Positions 61,721 to 64,000 of a stretch of 64,000 nucleotides of DNA are shown one piece after another; positions within the stretch are counted from its first letter, which is position 1; every line of letters begins with the position of its first letter. The translations under genes and the position numbers were made by a program. The notes under the pieces were generated by a model. The model saw nothing but the letters and a program-made list of their open reading frames with translations, ran no database searches and was not told the DNA's origin. The stretch spans positions 15,810,001 to 15,874,000 of the forward strand of contig CM075981.1 of NCBI GenBank assembly GCA_038087875.1, written 5' to 3'. The stretch comes from Malacoraja senta. Its lineage: Eukaryota.

Positions 61721-63227
61721 AGCAAGAATAACAGACGTCTGTGCCCCAGAAAAGGCATGATTTTCAGATGTAATTTGTTCAGATATATATCATCCCTCAT
61801 GTTACGAAAAAATAAAGTGTGACACGGGCAGAGCGATTCATTTTGAAATTCCGATTGAGTGCCCTTCCAGACTGAAGATCAAACAACTTTTCAGCATCCA
61901 TATTGAAGTGCTTTCACTTTTTGCATCGCCGATTGTTGAATTCACAAGACTTTTTATGAAAGAAACGTTAAGGAATATAAAACTGAGCATTTCTAGGAAT
62001 GTATACTCCGTGTTACTTCACTGAGTGCCTATCACATTCCCCGTTAAATTTGCAGTTATAGTCAATAGAATTTCATTTCGTATGTTTCTCTATTACGCAG
62101 CATGACGATTTCCATTTCCCCCCTTTTAGAACTGACTGACGGTACCAGGAAAAGCGTGATTTTAATACTTCCCTAAAAGGTCCAATTTTGAATGTCAATA
62201 CATTTAAGTGGGATTGCAGTGAGAGAGCCTGTCGTGTGAGTAGTTTGTAGTTAACTAATAGTTAATAGTGCCATGCTTGGTAACGAGGGAGGGCGGCAAA
62301 GGATGTGGGCCCGTGCTACTGGCGGCCTAATGCTATTTGCTAGAAGTAGTGCTATGGCCGATGTTTTTCAGGTTGTTTAAAGCAGGCATCTGCAGCGCGC
62401 TCCTTTGTTCTCTGGAGGGCTTCACGGACGGGCTGGGTTGCGAGCGGCGCTGCGGAGGAGGCATAGAGGGTGAGAGGTGCTGCTGCAGACGGGGCCTGCG
62501 CATAGCTAGATAAGTATTTGTTTACTCTCTATTGCCAAGGAACGTAATTTATACTTTAACTGAACCGTGAGCCTTTTTCTGATCTCTCAGTCCGATCCTT
62601 GAACCCGTTCCCTTGCAACAGTGGTAGTCTTTTCTAAAAATATGCTGTCCATGGTCCCAGGTTATACGCGAAATTAAGCCGTGGAATTTGACAGACACCG
62701 CTCAGCTGAAGGATGGAGAAGTGCTAGAGATTTCAAAACCAGGTATAAATTTCCGGCATTGGAAATTCCTACTGGCCACACGAAAGGATGACAGACTGCA
62801 GTCAAGCGGCCATATGGACCGGCCGTTTTCGGACTGGCTGTGTTTGAGCTGAAGTGCTGAGTTTGAGGTTAAATCCCAAGGCTAGGATTCGAGAGTATTT
62901 GGGTTGGAGCCGACTAATGTGTGAAGCGAAGGTAAGTTGAGATCTTTTCCATATTCATCTTTCGTCTTCCAGCAGTCAGAGGACAGTAGGTGCAGCGATA
63001 TGTTTCTGTTGCAGAATCTATGTTGGAATCGTTCACCACTACTGATCTCTTTCCGTTTAGGAAGTGTATAATAAACGTAGCATACCGGCAGACACTGAGG
63101 GCATCCATCGCCAATGACTTAATGTCGTCAATCAGCAGCAGCAGCTGGGCACCCTTTCCACTGGGGATAGACACCACTCCACTCTTCAGCCACGGATACG
63201 TCTATCCAAGTTCATATGTTCATTAGT

Positions 63228-63610
63228 CACATGAGCAGAATTGGGCCATTCCGCCCACGAGTTTAATCCTCCATTCAAGAACGACTGACCTATCATTTTC
63301 TGTTAAAACCATTATCATGACTTCCTGCCGTAATCTCTGAAACCCTGAAATCTGCCAATCTCCGCTTTAAAAATATCGAAGCATGGCATCCACAGCCGAC
63401 TGTGGCAATGAATGCCACAGATACACCACATTTTGACAAGAAATCCCTCCTCATCTCCTTGCTAAAGGTAGGTCTTTTATTCCGAGGCTGTGGCTTCTGG
63501 TTGTGGAGTCGCCTACTAGTGGAAACTTTCTTTCTACATCCACTCTGTTCAGGCATTTCACTATTCGTTACATTTCAATAGAGGTCCCCGCACGTGTTTC
63601 TAAGCTCCAA
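63228..63610 (-). mobile_element. Old CR1 3' fragment
   Basis: Reverse-complement homology to the CR1 C-terminus and 3'UTR (FSKEMRRDFLS; gggccattccgcccac). Confidence 0.7.
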
Positions 63611-64000
63611 TTAATACATGCTCAGTACCACCTTGGATTTACAATAGTTAAGGCGGGCAGAAACAGGAAACCCTGGACGAGAAGATATTGAGATTCTGGT
63701 CGGAAGAAAGTGGGCATTGATGCACCCGTTGGTGTACCCAGGTGTACCCGTACGCCCATTTTGCCCATCTGTTTTCCTTCCTTCTGCACTCCCCTTTCCT
63801 CTGGTACAGGCAGCTGGGATCAAATGAATGCCCGGAGAGGAAAGGGAGTGCAGGAGGATGGAAATCAAATGGCAAAACGCGAGCACGAGAACGTTGATGT
63901 ATTCATATTAAGAGGAATCAAAGGAGATTTTCTGTTTTTTGATAAGGAATACAGTAACTAGCGGAGAGGGCGGGTTTAATGGGATGGAGGCAGCATTTCC

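Noticed and set aside
51912-62172. Candidate minus-strand exons of 10 nt (51912-51921), 34 nt (60996-61029) and 27 nt (62146-62172)
   Set aside because: The 10-nt one breaks the frame; the other two contain a stop in the frame required to join the array.

Overview
Repeat-dense vertebrate genomic DNA. The CR1/Penelope/Rex-Babar repeat landscape suggests a cartilaginous fish (skate/ray/shark); this is inference. There are two assembly gaps. Nearly all long ORFs in the track are CR1 or Penelope retroelement fragments, their antisense shadows, or low-complexity artefacts. The main result is invisible in the ORF track: a minus-strand gene segment spanning at least 1653-60840, built from 16 micro-exons that alternate strictly 27 nt / 36 nt. 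All have AG/GT borders and phase-1 junctions. They splice into an open 504-nt frame encoding eight 21-aa (three-heptad) coiled-coil repeats. The three 3'-most exon pairs sit in recognisable ~2.7-kb tandem duplication units. Start, stop and any globular domain lie outside the window, so the gene cannot be named. The introns also hold a 2-kb palindromic foldback element, non-autonomous Helitrons (one insertion confirmed by a paralogous empty site), Penelope fragments with hammerhead-like motifs, two inverted sister CR1 copies sharing a frameshift, and a GC-rich non-autonomous retroposon family with different LINE-type tails. Exon coordinates were counted base by base; most TE boundaries are approximate.
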